A stretch of 63,938 nucleotides of DNA, the filler included, from Octopus bimaculoides (lineage: Eukaryota): the NCBI RefSeq assembly GCF_001194135.2. It is 4 parts of 3 records of this genome, joined end to end, with 100 filler letters (N's around TTAATTAATTAA, not from the genome) between each part and the next. Parts side by side here need not be neighbours in the genome. Positions count along the whole stretch, not along the records: positions 21,755 to 42,818 come from NC_068992.1; 3 more parts are not named here. The stretch is one strand, 5' to 3'. The translations under genes and the position numbers were made by a program. The notes below the pieces were generated by a model. It did not search any database. It saw only the letters and a program-made list of their open reading frames with translations, and was not told the DNA's origin. Of this stretch, positions 23,931-36,700 are shown in pieces (positions within the stretch are counted from its first letter, which is position 1; the number at the start of each line of letters is the position of its first letter).

Positions 23931-26364
23931 TATATATACACACAATTAGATGAACAGAGGTAGAATCAAGAGGCAAGAAATTCATTATTATGAATTGTTA
24001 AAGAAGATTTAGAGTCATACCGGTATCGTCAAAAGCTGTTCACTGACTTTGAATGAGCACCGATATATACGTATGCATCTATGTATTTGTGTGTCTGTGT
24101 TTGTCGCCCCACCATCGCTTGACAACTGATGCTGGTGTCTTATGTCCACGTAACTTAACGCTTCGGCAAAAGAGAACAATAGAATAAGTACTAGGCTTAC
24201 GAAGGTTAAGTTCTAGGGTCAATTTGTTCGATTACATGTGGTGCTCCAGCATGGCCGCAGTCCAATGACTGAAATTAGTGAAAGAATAAAAGAAAAGAAT
24301 ACACACACACACACGTGTGTGTGTGTTTCTCTGTGTGTGTATATACGTGTTTGCATATGTCTGTGTATAAATATATACACACACACATATATATTCGTGT
24401 ATATACGTGTATNNNNNNNNNNNNNNNNNNNNNNNNNNNNNNNNNNNNNNNNNNNNNNNNNNNNNNNNNNNNNNNNNNNNNNNNNNNNNNNNNNNNNNNN
24501 NNNNNNNNNNNNNNNNNNNNNNNNNNNNNNNNNNNNNNNNNNNNNNNNNNNNNNNNNNNNNNNNNNNNNNNNNNNNNNNNNNNNNNNNNNNNNNNNNNNN
24601 NNNNNNNNNNNNNNNNNNNNNNNNNNNNNNNNNNNNNNNNNNNNNNNNNNNNNNNNNNNNNNNNNNNNNNNNNNNNNNNNNNNNNNNNNNNNNNNNNNNN
24701 NNNNNNNNNNNNNNNNNNNNNNNNNNNNNNNNNNNNNNNNNNNNNNNNNNNNNNNNNNNNNNNNNNNNNNNNNNNNNNNNNNNNNNNNNNNNNNNNNNNN
24801 NNNNNNNNNNNNNNNNNNNNNNNNNNNNNNNNNNNNNNNNNNNNNNNNNNNNNNNNNNNNNNNNNNNNNNNNNNNNNNNNNNNNNNNNNNNNNNNNNNNN
24901 NNNNNNNNNNNNNNNNNNNNNNNNNNNNNNNNNNNNNNNNNNNNNNNNNNNNNNNNNNNNNNNNNNNNNNNNNNNNNNNNNNNNNNNNNNNNNNNNNNNN
25001 NNNNNNNNNNNNNNNNNNNNNNNNNNNNNNNNNNNNNNNNNNNNNNNNNNNNNNNNNNNNNNNNNNNNNNNNNNNNNNNNNNNNNNNNNNNNNNNNNNNN
25101 NNNNNNNNNNNNNNNNNNNNNNNNNNNNNNNNNNNNNNNNNNNNNNNNNNNNNNNNNNNNNNNNNNNNNNNNNNNNNNNNNNNNNNNNNNNNNNNNNNNN
25201 NNNNNNNNNNNCAAATCGACCCCAGGACTTATTCTTTGTAAGCCTAGTACTTATTCTATCGGTTTCTTTTGCCGAACCACTAAGTTACGGGGACGTAAGC
25301 ACACCAGCATCGGTTATCAAGCGATGTTGGGGGGACAAACACATACACACACATACATACATATATATATATATACATATATACGACTGGCTTCTTTCAG
25401 TTTCCGTCTACGAAATCCACTCACAAGGCTTTGGCCGGCCCGAGGCTATAGTAGAAGACACTTGCCCAAGGTGCCACGCAGTGGGACTGAACCCGGAACC
25501 ATGTGGTTCGTAAGCAAGCTACTTACCACACAGCCACTCGAAAACTTTTTGAAAACTTTGCATATTCCTCTGAGCAGGTATCACCAAGTTTTTAACAAAG
25601 TTTGATGCAGATTCTCTGCTCAACCTTGTCATGGTCAGTGTGACGATCTTACGCTAAACACCTTCACTCCAAGCGCTGCTGGAAACAGCGGAAGTGAGCT
25701 ACAACACTAAAACTTAGTGTGCATGCGCACCATTGTTGCAGGTTAATCCATGCCAAACGGCTTTATTCTGCGTTCTTTAGCTTCGTTACTATGACAACAA
25801 TCCTGATACTATTGATCAGACCACGTATGTGGTACTGGCACGCCAGCGATTCGGTGAAGGGTTCCAGTTGATCCAACAGACTTAAAAAAAGCAAAACAAA
25901 ACAAAATTTGTTCGACTAAAATCCTGCAAGGCAATGCTCCATAAGAGAGCAAATATAACAATACTCATTTACTGTTCCGCAACAGTGAGCCATGGTGGAA
26001 AGGCTACCAACCTAACATGTTTGAGAATGTGGTTGTAGACGGCCATTACGGACGACATATGCATAAGAACGTAATAGTCCTTCTAACACACACACACACA
26101 CACACATATATACGGACGTATTGGTATACCTTTATATACTGACACTACACGCATATACACAAGTGTGTAAAGATGTGCATAGAGAATGTATAGAAATAAA
26201 TAATGCAAACACGAGTGACAGACAGGAATGACAAAATGGTGACGTTGGAAACGAGCAAAGGGAGAGAGCTATGTGAGTTTAAGAAAAAAGAATTACACTC
26301 CCAGGAGATCTCGTTATGGGAGAGAGAAAATATAACGAGAGCCAAAAGCATTTGAATGGGAATG

Positions 26365-26414
<50 letters not shown>

Positions 26415-26548
26415 ACATGCATATATATATGTGTGTGTGTGTGTGTTTATATGTATATGTATATATGTGTATATATGTATATGTATGTGCATGTGTGTGT
26501 ATATATGTATATATATATATATGTGCATATATGTTTGTATATATCTAT

Positions 26549-26599
<51 letters not shown>

Positions 26600-26602
<3 letters not shown>

Positions 26603-26749
26603 TTAAAATTATAATACAGGGTATCAAGAGATACCACCACGCTGAAAAAATAGCAGTCAAATTCTGATTTTGGTTTTAGAGTCAGAATTTGACTGCTATT
26701 TTTTCAGCGTGGTGGTATCTCTTGATGCCCTGTATTATAATTTTAAATA
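26600..26749. repeat. Near-perfect 150-bp hairpin (68-bp arms)
   Basis: 26600-26667 is the reverse complement of 26682-26749 with one mismatch. Confidence 0.95.
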
Positions 26750-26863
26750 ATTTTAAATAATTATTACCTTTGATGGTTTTTATTCCCATGCTGACCACTT
26801 GATAAGATCAATATTTTAAATATCGATCTTATCCTTATTTATATAAATATCTATCTATCTATC

Positions 26864-26900
<37 letters not shown>

Positions 26901-26938
26901 TAATTCTATTGAGTGTACACGCACACACACACACATGC

Positions 26939-26976
<38 letters not shown>

Positions 26977-27030
26977 ATATGTATATGTATATATGTGTAT
27001 ATATGTATATGTATGTGCATGTGTTGGATA

Positions 27031-27079
<49 letters not shown>

Positions 27080-27421
27080 GTCTATATATATATACACTAA
27101 TTCTATTGAGTGTACACACACACACACGTATATGTATATGCGCACGTATGTATATGTATTTGTGTGAAAAGAATTTTTAAAAAAATGTTTACCCTCTAGC
27201 AGACACACTCTCCCCCACCTCTCTACCAAATACATTCACACAAACATGCACACACACGCATATACACAAAACACATGCACACTTATGCAAGCAAACTGGC
27301 ATATGCTTGCAGTGGAATAGAAATGTGCTGAAGTTAATAATGCAAAGAAAGATAACGGGCAAGATAGAGGTGACAGGAAAAAATAATTTGTTAAATTTTT
27401 ACGCACACACACACTCACTCA

Positions 27422-27471
<50 letters not shown>

Positions 27472-28393
27472 AAAACATATATACACACAGAGAAACGCAT
27501 ACACATATTCACACACATTGACTCAAACTCATACATACATGTATACATCTTGCTTTCGCATTAACGTTATTATTCTTACACGTCCATTATATGTTCGCGT
27601 CCCTCTCTCGAAATCTCTAGAGGCGCTAATCGCACAACCAAGATTCTTTTCACGTCACCATCTTGGCATGTCTTTGTTTCACAATTGCTTGCATTATTCA
27701 TTAGTCAACATCTACGCTTTAGTAAATATCATATATCAACTCGTCTCTTTATCACATACGTGTGCGAACGAGTATATGCGTATATTCTCTGTGTGTGTCT
27801 TGCCTGCGTGGGTGCATAACGTATACGTTCGTGTGTATATACATCAGCAGTAGTAGTATTCGCGAGTACATTTCTAAACGCGACGGTTTTTCTCTCAGTC
27901 TTGGCTTACAAATTGCTAAGCGGTGAATGAACATGTGTTACACACGCTCCTCTTTGCTTCTCCTCTCTGCTTCCCCCTACCAAACGTAGTCAGATGTACT
28001 TAGTGGAAAGGATAGCTAAAATAACCCAAAGAGACAATGTGAATGCTGTTTGACATACGTACGAGCACAACCACACAGTTAAACACATAACCACACACAC
28101 ACACACATAGGCGTGTGCATACACACACACACACACATTCCAGCGGGGGAGGAGTTCAAAAGAAACTATGTCCAGTCACATGAAATAAGAGCTCAAAGGT
28201 AAATCTGGGTTTGTAATAAAAAAAATCTTAGTCCGCCTAAATATATTTTGTTGGCTTAGATATCATATATCATACATACATATATATATATATATAGGAG
28301 GGAGAATATACAAAAAATAACAACAGACGAGGACAGGTGGTGTAAATAACAAAAGTATATATTAGTNNNNNNNNNNNNNNNNNNNNNNNNNNN

Positions 28394-28448
<55 letters not shown>

Positions 28449-29501
28449 TATACATATATATATGATATATATATATATATATACACACACACATATATAT
28501 ATATACAATGTTTATATATATGTAAATGCACACACACACGCATACATACATACAGATAGATAAAAGCGAAGACGTGACTGTGAGGTAAGAAGCTTGCTTC
28601 CCAAACACATGGTTCTGGGTTCAGTCCCACTGCGTGGCATCTCCGGCAAGTGTCTTCTACAATAGCCTCGGGCCGACCAAAGCCTTGTAACTGGATCTGG
28701 TGGACGGAAACTAACTGAAAGAAGCCAGTCATATATATATATATGTATATGTATATATAAAGAGAGAGAGAAAGGGAAACTCACAAAATATGTACTTGGA
28801 TCGATTCGTTCGACGAAAATTCTACGAAGTGGTCCCCAGCATGGCTGCTGTCTAATGACTGAAGCAAGCAAACGATAGAATATTGAAGGTCAGAGATAAT
28901 GCTGACTGGACTGCTATGATGTAAGGGAAACCACTTGGCTCAGACCTGTGGTCAGCAAGAGGTACTTATTTTGCACGTTACCTTCGATGTTGTGCATTAG
29001 AATTGGTTGGTCTTGGATTTCAAGTGTGTGGAAGACGACAATGTTGAATTTCCACCGTTGACAGCAATTCAAAACAGCTGATTACCAGATAGGTGAAATA
29101 AGCTCCTTTGAGACTGGTAGGCAAAGCCTGTAGTTTCGTAATTTATTGCAATGTCCTTGTGGGCGATAGTCTATGTTGTTGGAAATTGCTTCAAAACGAT
29201 TTGGAACAAGATTGTGAAGCTATCTATTTGTTTTCAATGAGTTTCCGCCCTCAGTAATAATTTTGTTCGAATGTATTCGCAATTAAACCTGTTTAATTGT
29301 GTTCAATACAATCCAGGTGTGCAGCAGGTGATCGATGTATTCTATCGTCGGAAATACAGGATCACTAAGTAGGAAAAATCGGCAGCTTCAATTTGATTGT
29401 CGAGCCAAGGGCTGTGTGGGCAACATTTTCGATTATAGCATGTTATCTATGAAGTGAGTTTACTCAGGCAACGCTATGGGTATTGAAGAGATTATTTTGA
29501 G

Positions 29502-29557
<56 letters not shown>

Positions 29558-31406
29558 GTATGTGTGTAAATGAAAGTAAAAATGATGAATCTGGTTCAGG
29601 CAAAAAAGGTACCTTAGAAAGGGAATGAAACTGGGGAAGATACAATAATTGTTTTCGAAATATTTCTGATCTGAAACATAAGGCAATTTGAAAAATGCCA
29701 AAATTTCTGCAAAGATTTTGAATGGCTCCAGAAACAAAACCACAGAGAGCACGAAAAAGGGCTTTTGGCAAATCACTCATGTTCAGAAACAAATCTATTT
29801 TAAACGTAAATAATTTCGGAATGCATAATTTTGTAATGAAATATTTTTACGATTATTAATTAAAAATATGTGGTTGTTTCTTTTAATTTTTCATTATAGA
29901 AAAATGGTTCCTTTCTATCTTGGATAATTGAAAATAATTTCTTTCTCCCGCAAAATCCTTCAATAAATTAATTTAATATTTTATCGTTGTTTTAATTAAA
30001 TTTTTAATTTCAATCCTCAAATTGGATAATAAAGTAATTAAAAATAATGTTTTTTAAAAAGGTAAATTAAAAATAATTTTTTAACCTGCTCTAGGATTTT
30101 TCAATGATTCTGATATCATAATCTACGTGATATCTTACTCCAAGACATAAACACGCCTCTGATCAAAGGATTAATGTAATCAAAGGATTAGTGTAATCAA
30201 AGTGTAAGCTTAAGGCAAGGACTTTTAACTGACAGAGTCAAAGATTGGTAGCTAAAACTTTTGCCGTTCCTTTATGATCTGTGTTTGATTCCCACTGAGG
30301 TTAATTTTATATTCCATCCTTCTGCATCAAAACAATTATTGAAGTCGCTATGATTGTTCCCTATTCAAAATTAATGGAATTGTCAGCTCTATTCTTTTCT
30401 GCTCTCTGTTTTTGCTTTTGCACTCCATCGTCATATGAATAAAAAAGACATAAAATTTATTCAAATTTCAAAAACGTTAAACAAAAGTCATAGAGAAAAA
30501 AAAAGACAGTTAAAATACAAAATCAACGACAGCAACAAAAAACATTACGATAAAATTATTTTTTCGTGTTCCGTCAATAACATTAGGACTTAAAAAAATA
30601 AAAAAACAAGGGTAAAAACGAAAGAATTTTCATGACAATCCAGTATATGCGTAGCCTCATCCCTACTTGAGATATTACAACAAATAAAAGGGATGCCATA
30701 TTGGAAGAATTAAAAGAGCGTCAAATATATTTTGTGCTATTTTATTATGTCGTAATACTATAGTCAAAACCAAGCCTTCCAGTCGTCTGGGTCGATATAA
30801 TGAGGACCAATTAAGAACTGTGCATCAATTCAATCGACTGTTCTCTGGCCTTGTGTCTGGCCCTGTGCCTATGTAAGAAATCAATAGACATCTATTTTAA
30901 AATGTTTTTTCAAATTATTTTCGTTTGTTATGCTTCGGTGGTTTTATTAGGATTTTTACAATTTCGCCTTTGTAATTCCGTGACTTACGAAGTAGGTCAG
31001 CTGGCACAATAGCATTTTTTCCTAAAAATATTTCAGTAAGACAGATCCATTGTCATTTCCTTCGTATTTTATTGCAAAAATGTAATAACTAGATTGTTAT
31101 ACCAGCCTTCGTTGATGGCTGTGTCTGTGGGTTATATTTCTAATTGATTACTGTCTGGTCAAAGCAGACGATAGAGTTGGAGCAGGTATCTACACTGGGA
31201 AGGCAAATTTCAGCTGCCATATTTATTTTGTCATACCAACTTACAATTTTACATTGTGAAAGGTAGCTAAAGTCATTCCTGTCGAAATAAAACATACTGT
31301 TTAAATTTAAAATGATTATTAGAAAGCAATTTAAAAAACAAACAATTGTTTTACCCCGTACTATATATATAGAAAAAGTGATATTTGTCTTGCTACAGGT
31401 ACACAT

Positions 31407-31447
<41 letters not shown>

Positions 31448-32426
31448 NNNNNNNNNNATATATATATAATTTTATTAAGACAAGGAACTAAATTCTCTTA
31501 AGGGATGCGAGCATCTTATATATCCTATGTATCTGTGTGCCTGCTTATTAATCTGTCTATATAATTATGAGCTATTAATAGTTTCGTACATTGGAGATAT
31601 AATCTAAGCCGGTTTTAAAACAGACCTAGTATGTTCAAGTAATCTTCAGTCTTTTGGCATATAGCTTTTACAGCCTATAAAAGTTGCAAGTAAGAATAGA
31701 ACAAAAGAAATCTTGGGAAAACGTGAGATGAAGATAGGTTCAAAAAGTCGAATACTGAAAAGAAATGAAAATGGAAAAAAAAAATAATAATAAAAAGAAG
31801 AAGAATTAGATATATCTCCTTTGACCGTAAATTCGTAAGGCTAGATGATGTAAAATCAAGTGAAGCGGCTGATAGCCGTTCTCCACAGGGAAGCCAACCA
31901 GGCAGAACGACAAACGTGACCACCAGAAGATCAAAACGTCACCAGTGCTTTAACGAATCAAGAATCAGATCCGATCGCGAAAATATTATTAATACACCAG
32001 ATTCCAATAAACGCCGTTACAAGTGAAAGTTACTGCACACGACGGAAAAAGAATCACAGAAACTCTAAACCAAATCCCTTTTTTTACTATCTTCATTTTT
32101 CCCTTGTTTTTCTCCCTCTTAACTCAGTCTGACTGAAACTTTGTTGATGTCCATTTCTTGTCGATCACTACTAACAATATTGAATTTTGCGCATTTAAAC
32201 ATGATAATCCACAGTTTTTTTTTTTTTATATTATTGACTGTTTATGAACATTTAAACTTGTCAACACTGAAACTTTTAAACATGTTTTTTTAATTCATAA
32301 TTCTAAATTTTTACCATTGATAAGCAAAACATATTCTTGAAACTAGTTTGGTATTTATGTAAATAAATCTATTTAAAAGCAATTACAAGTTTTTCAAATT
32401 GAGGTGCATTTTCGGCAACAAATTTG

Positions 32427-32484
<58 letters not shown>

Positions 32485-32522
32485 CACACATACATATACA
32501 TAAATATAAATACATACATACA

Positions 32523-32556
<34 letters not shown>

Positions 32557-34186
32557 CATACATATATAGGATGAGGAGCCTTCCCGTGTTATGTAGCCTT
32601 ATAGGACCGGTTTCTCTGTTTCCGTTGCGTGTATATATTCACCCTCGTCACGAGACACCGGCCAGTCGCATTATTAGTCCTCCTTGCCACTTGAATGGAG
32701 AGGCGCATAGTGAAATGTGGTGTTTTGCTCTAGAACACAGTTCGTTGCCCAGTCCAGGAATCGAAATCACAATTTTACGATCAAGAGTCCAAAACCTTAA
32801 CCACTACACCACACGCCTCCACACACGCGCGTGCGCTTGTGTGCGTGAGTGCGTGTGTATATTTATGTATATATGTATGTATGTATATATTGCAACGTAA
32901 CTACACACGTGCTATTGGAAATTTCTTTTCTGTCTTTGGACTTTTCCGTGACTCCTTTCCGACAACGAGCTATGCTCGAAACGTTAAAAGCTCTCTCCTT
33001 TTACAGAGCGTCAAACTAATAAATTCCTTGTACACGTCCTCTTCTTGTTTGTTAATTTTATTATTCATTTATTTGAATTTATTGTTTATTCGTATTAACT
33101 ATATATGTGTGTGTGTGTGCGTTTGTGTGTGTGCATATGTATATATATGTATATATGTGCGTGCGTTTGTGTGTGTGTTATATATTATATAGTTCCTGTC
33201 TGGTTCGTTACAAAGTGAGAGATAGCTCATTGATCTAGCGAAATAAACAATAATATGAAACAGAATCCTACCGAAAGAAGTCTTTCGAAACTGACCGCCC
33301 AAAAATGGAAGCCCTGTAGCATCGTAATGATCTCTTTGAAGAAATTTCTTCGTCGACGCACCATCTGACAATTGCCCTTCCACCAAGAAACTTGAAGAAC
33401 AGTAGTTAACTTTAGCAATTATATAATAGTAATATCAATGTGTGTGTGTGTATGTGTGTATGTGTTTGTTTGTTTGTGTTTGTGTGTGTGTCTGTGCTTC
33501 TGTGTGTGTGTGTTGTTTATGTCGTAGGAATTTAGACACTTCGGTGAGACGTGAAATGATTCGTTTTTAACTATGGAACTCGAAGTAGATAGAACTATAA
33601 ATAATTGTGTGTAAATAATGCCTAGGCAGTCTTCAACTTTTCCTATCTACAAGGGATTCAGTTCATCAGCATTTTGCACCCTGTTACTCATACCTCTATC
33701 TATTTTGAGTCCCACAGTTAATAATGAATAAGTGTGTGTGTTTGTGTGTGTGTGTTTGTGTGCACACGCACCATGTATGTGTGTGAGTGTGGGACTTTAT
33801 GCCTCATTAATTTTTTCAAAGCAGTTGTTAACAATTTCAAGAAGATTTGGTTGCTATTTCTTGCAGGTTACTCATGCAGATGCAGGTCCCTTGCTATTCT
33901 GTTCCATTGTTTTTTATTGCCGTCTCGGTAATAAAAAAAATAAAATGAAATTTGAATCGTCACACAGAAGGATTAAGATATGCCTGCTTGTGGCATGTTT
34001 TCTTTTGCACTCAGACATGGCTGCGTCATTGCTTCGGTTGGTTGAACTTGTGACACCTCACTTCATGACAGGTGGTCCATGAATTACATTCACGGAGCGA
34101 TGCAAAAATACATATGAATATATATTAGCGACAGAGGCAGTATTAATACCAAATATCATTAATATTTACGTAATATTTGTGGACCA

Positions 34187-34615
34187 CAAGGCGGTGAGCT
34201 GGCACAAACGTTAGCACGCCGGGCGAAATACTTAGCGCTATTTCATCTGCCGTTACGTTCTAGGTTCAAATTCCGCCGAGGTCGATTTTGCCTTTCATCC
34301 TTTCGGGGTCGATAAATTAAGTACCAGTTACGCACAGGGGTCGATGTAATCGACTTCTGTCTGTCTTTGTTTGTCCCCTCTATGTTCAGCCTCATGTGGG
34401 CAATAAAGAAATAAGAAACGTTAGCACGCCGGGCGAAATGCTTAGCGGTATTTCGTCTGTTTTTACGTTCTGAGTTCAAGTTCCGCCGAGGTCGACTTTA
34501 CCTTTTATCCTTTCGAGGTCGATAAATTAATTATCAGTTGCGTACTGGGGTCGATCTAATCGGCTGCCCCTGTTCCACCAAAATTTTGGGCCTTGTGCCA
34601 AGTGTAGAAAAGAAG
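34187..34615 (+). mobile_element. Two adjacent family B SINEs (GGCGGCGAGCTGGCAGAA head; GAGGTCGAC..CCTTTCATCCTTTCGGGGTCGATAAA core)
   Basis: Highly similar copies also at 37045-37225, 54450-54670, 59990-60210, 63045-63250, 63285-63490 and 63815-63938 (+), 5990-6150, 6950-7150 and 50840-51035 (-), and 13440-13650. The core resembles the Nin/Deu-type conserved SINE domain (assignment uncertain). Confidence 0.85.
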
Positions 34616-35012
34616 ATTTGCGTACCACAAAACGGCGAGCTGGCAGAAATGTTAGCATGCTGGGCGAAATGCTTGGCGTTCTGAAGCAAGAGAAGGATCA
34701 AAAATAAAAGATGCGCGCGCTCGGGTGTGTGTGTGCGCGTGTGTATATCTGTCTGTCTGTCTGTATGTATGTATATATGTGTGAGCGTGTGTGAGAGAGG
34801 GTGTATATGTATATGGGTGTGTGAGAGAGAGAGGGAGTGTGTGTGTGTATGCATGTGTGAACGTGTGAGTGTGTATGCATGTATGAACGTGTGTGTGTGA
34901 GAGACAATGTGTATAAAGTTCTATAGTTAAGAGATGAGGAATTATGTACATTTTTGACATTATTTACATTATTTACATTTGACGGACATTTGTCCTCATC
35001 TTGTTTGTTGTT

Positions 35013-35058
35013 AACACAACGTTTCGGCTGATATACCCTCCAGCCTTCATCAGGTGTC
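35013..35058 (-). ncRNA. Minimal type I hammerhead ribozyme motif in a Penelope-like repeat
   Basis: Minus strand GACAC-CTGATGA-A-GGCTG(GAGGGTATAT)CAGCC-GAAACGTT-GTGTT: intact core, 5-bp stem II, palindromic ACGT stem III and 5-bp stem I. Confidence 0.72.
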
Positions 35059-35105
35059 TTGGGGAAATTTTGAACCTGGGTTCTCATTCCTAAGGTATTT
35101 TTCAA

Positions 35106-35161
<56 letters not shown>

Positions 35162-36289
35162 GTAGTAGTAGTAGTAGTATTATCATTATTGTTATTATTC
35201 AGGTCACTGCCTGGAATCGAGCTCGTAAACTTGGGGTTAGTATCCCGCGCTCTTAACCACTACGCTGTATGAGTGTGTATGTATGTATGTGAGAGAATGT
35301 GAGAAAGTGAGAGAATGAGAGACAGAGTGGAAGAGGGGGTGTGTACATAGATATGTGTGTATGTATGTGTGTGTGTCTGTGTGTGTGTATAAAAATTCTT
35401 TCTACTTTATTTCTTTGTTACCCATAGAAGGAACAAACAAGGACAGACAAAGGAATTAAGTCGATTACATCGACGCCAGTGCGCAACTGGATCGGCCCGA
35501 GGCTACAATAAAAGACACTTGCACGAGATGCCGCGCCGTGGGACTGAAACTGGAACCATGTTTTGGACGCAACCTTCTTACCACACAACCGCGCATGAAT
35601 GGCTGCGTGGTATATATAAATTGCGTGTACGCAGTTGTTAGACTTACTTTCTTTTCAACAGTGTGCGCATGCGTAAATGTGTGACGTATTCGAATTACCA
35701 TACGCAAACACCTTTAACGATTATAAATAAATAATCCAGGAAATACAATAAATAAAGAAATCTATATACTAAGCACACACACGCGTTATGCACTCTCTCT
35801 CTCACACACACACACATATATACACATACACACATGCTTACACAATTGCTTGCGGTTGTGTATGTATGTATGTGTGTTTTTGTATGTGTGTGTATGCATA
35901 TGTGTGTATGTATGTATGTATGTATGTATGTGTATGAATGTACGTTTGTATGGATATATGTATGGATATATGTATGTATGTGTGCATGTATGAGTTTATG
36001 TATGTATATGGGTGTGTGTAAGGAGAGATCGGNNNNNNNNNNNNNNNNNNNNNNNNNNNNNNNNNNNNNNNNNNNNNNNNNNNNNNNNNNNNNNNNNNNN
36101 NNNNNNNNNNNNNNNNNNNNNNNNNNNNNNNNNNNNNNNNNNNNNNNNNNNNNNNNNNNNNNNNNNNNNNNNNNNNNNNNNNNNNNNNNNNNNNNNNNNN
36201 NNNNNNNNNNNNNNNNNNNNNNNNNNNNNNNNNNNNNNNNNNNNNNNNNNNNNNNNNNNNNNNNNNNNNNNNATATATACACATACACA

Positions 36290-36700
36290 CATGCTTACAC
36301 AATTGCTTGCGGTTGTGTATGTATGTATGTGTGTTTTTGTATGTGTGTGTATGCATATGTGTGTATGTATGTATGTATGTATGTATGTATGCGTGTATGT
36401 ATGCATTAATGTATGGATGTACGTATGGATGTATGTACGAATGTATGAATGTATGTATGTATTTATGTATGTATGTACGTATGTATGTATGCGCGTCTGT
36501 TTCTATGTACGTGTGTATGTATGTATGTATGCATGTATGTATGTATTTATGTATGTATGTAGGTATGTATGTATGTATGTACGAATGTATGTATGTACGA
36601 ATGTATGTATGTATGTACGTATGTATGTATATATGTATGATATGTATTTACGTATGTATGTATGTATGTATGTATGTATTCATGTATGTATGTATGTATG
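36290..36700. repeat. Long compound (TATG)n microsatellite, representative of many (CA)n, (TA)n, (GA)n, (TATC)n, (GATG)n, (ATT)n and (TCA)n tracts
   Basis: Directly visible; most N gaps abut such tracts. Confidence 0.95.
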
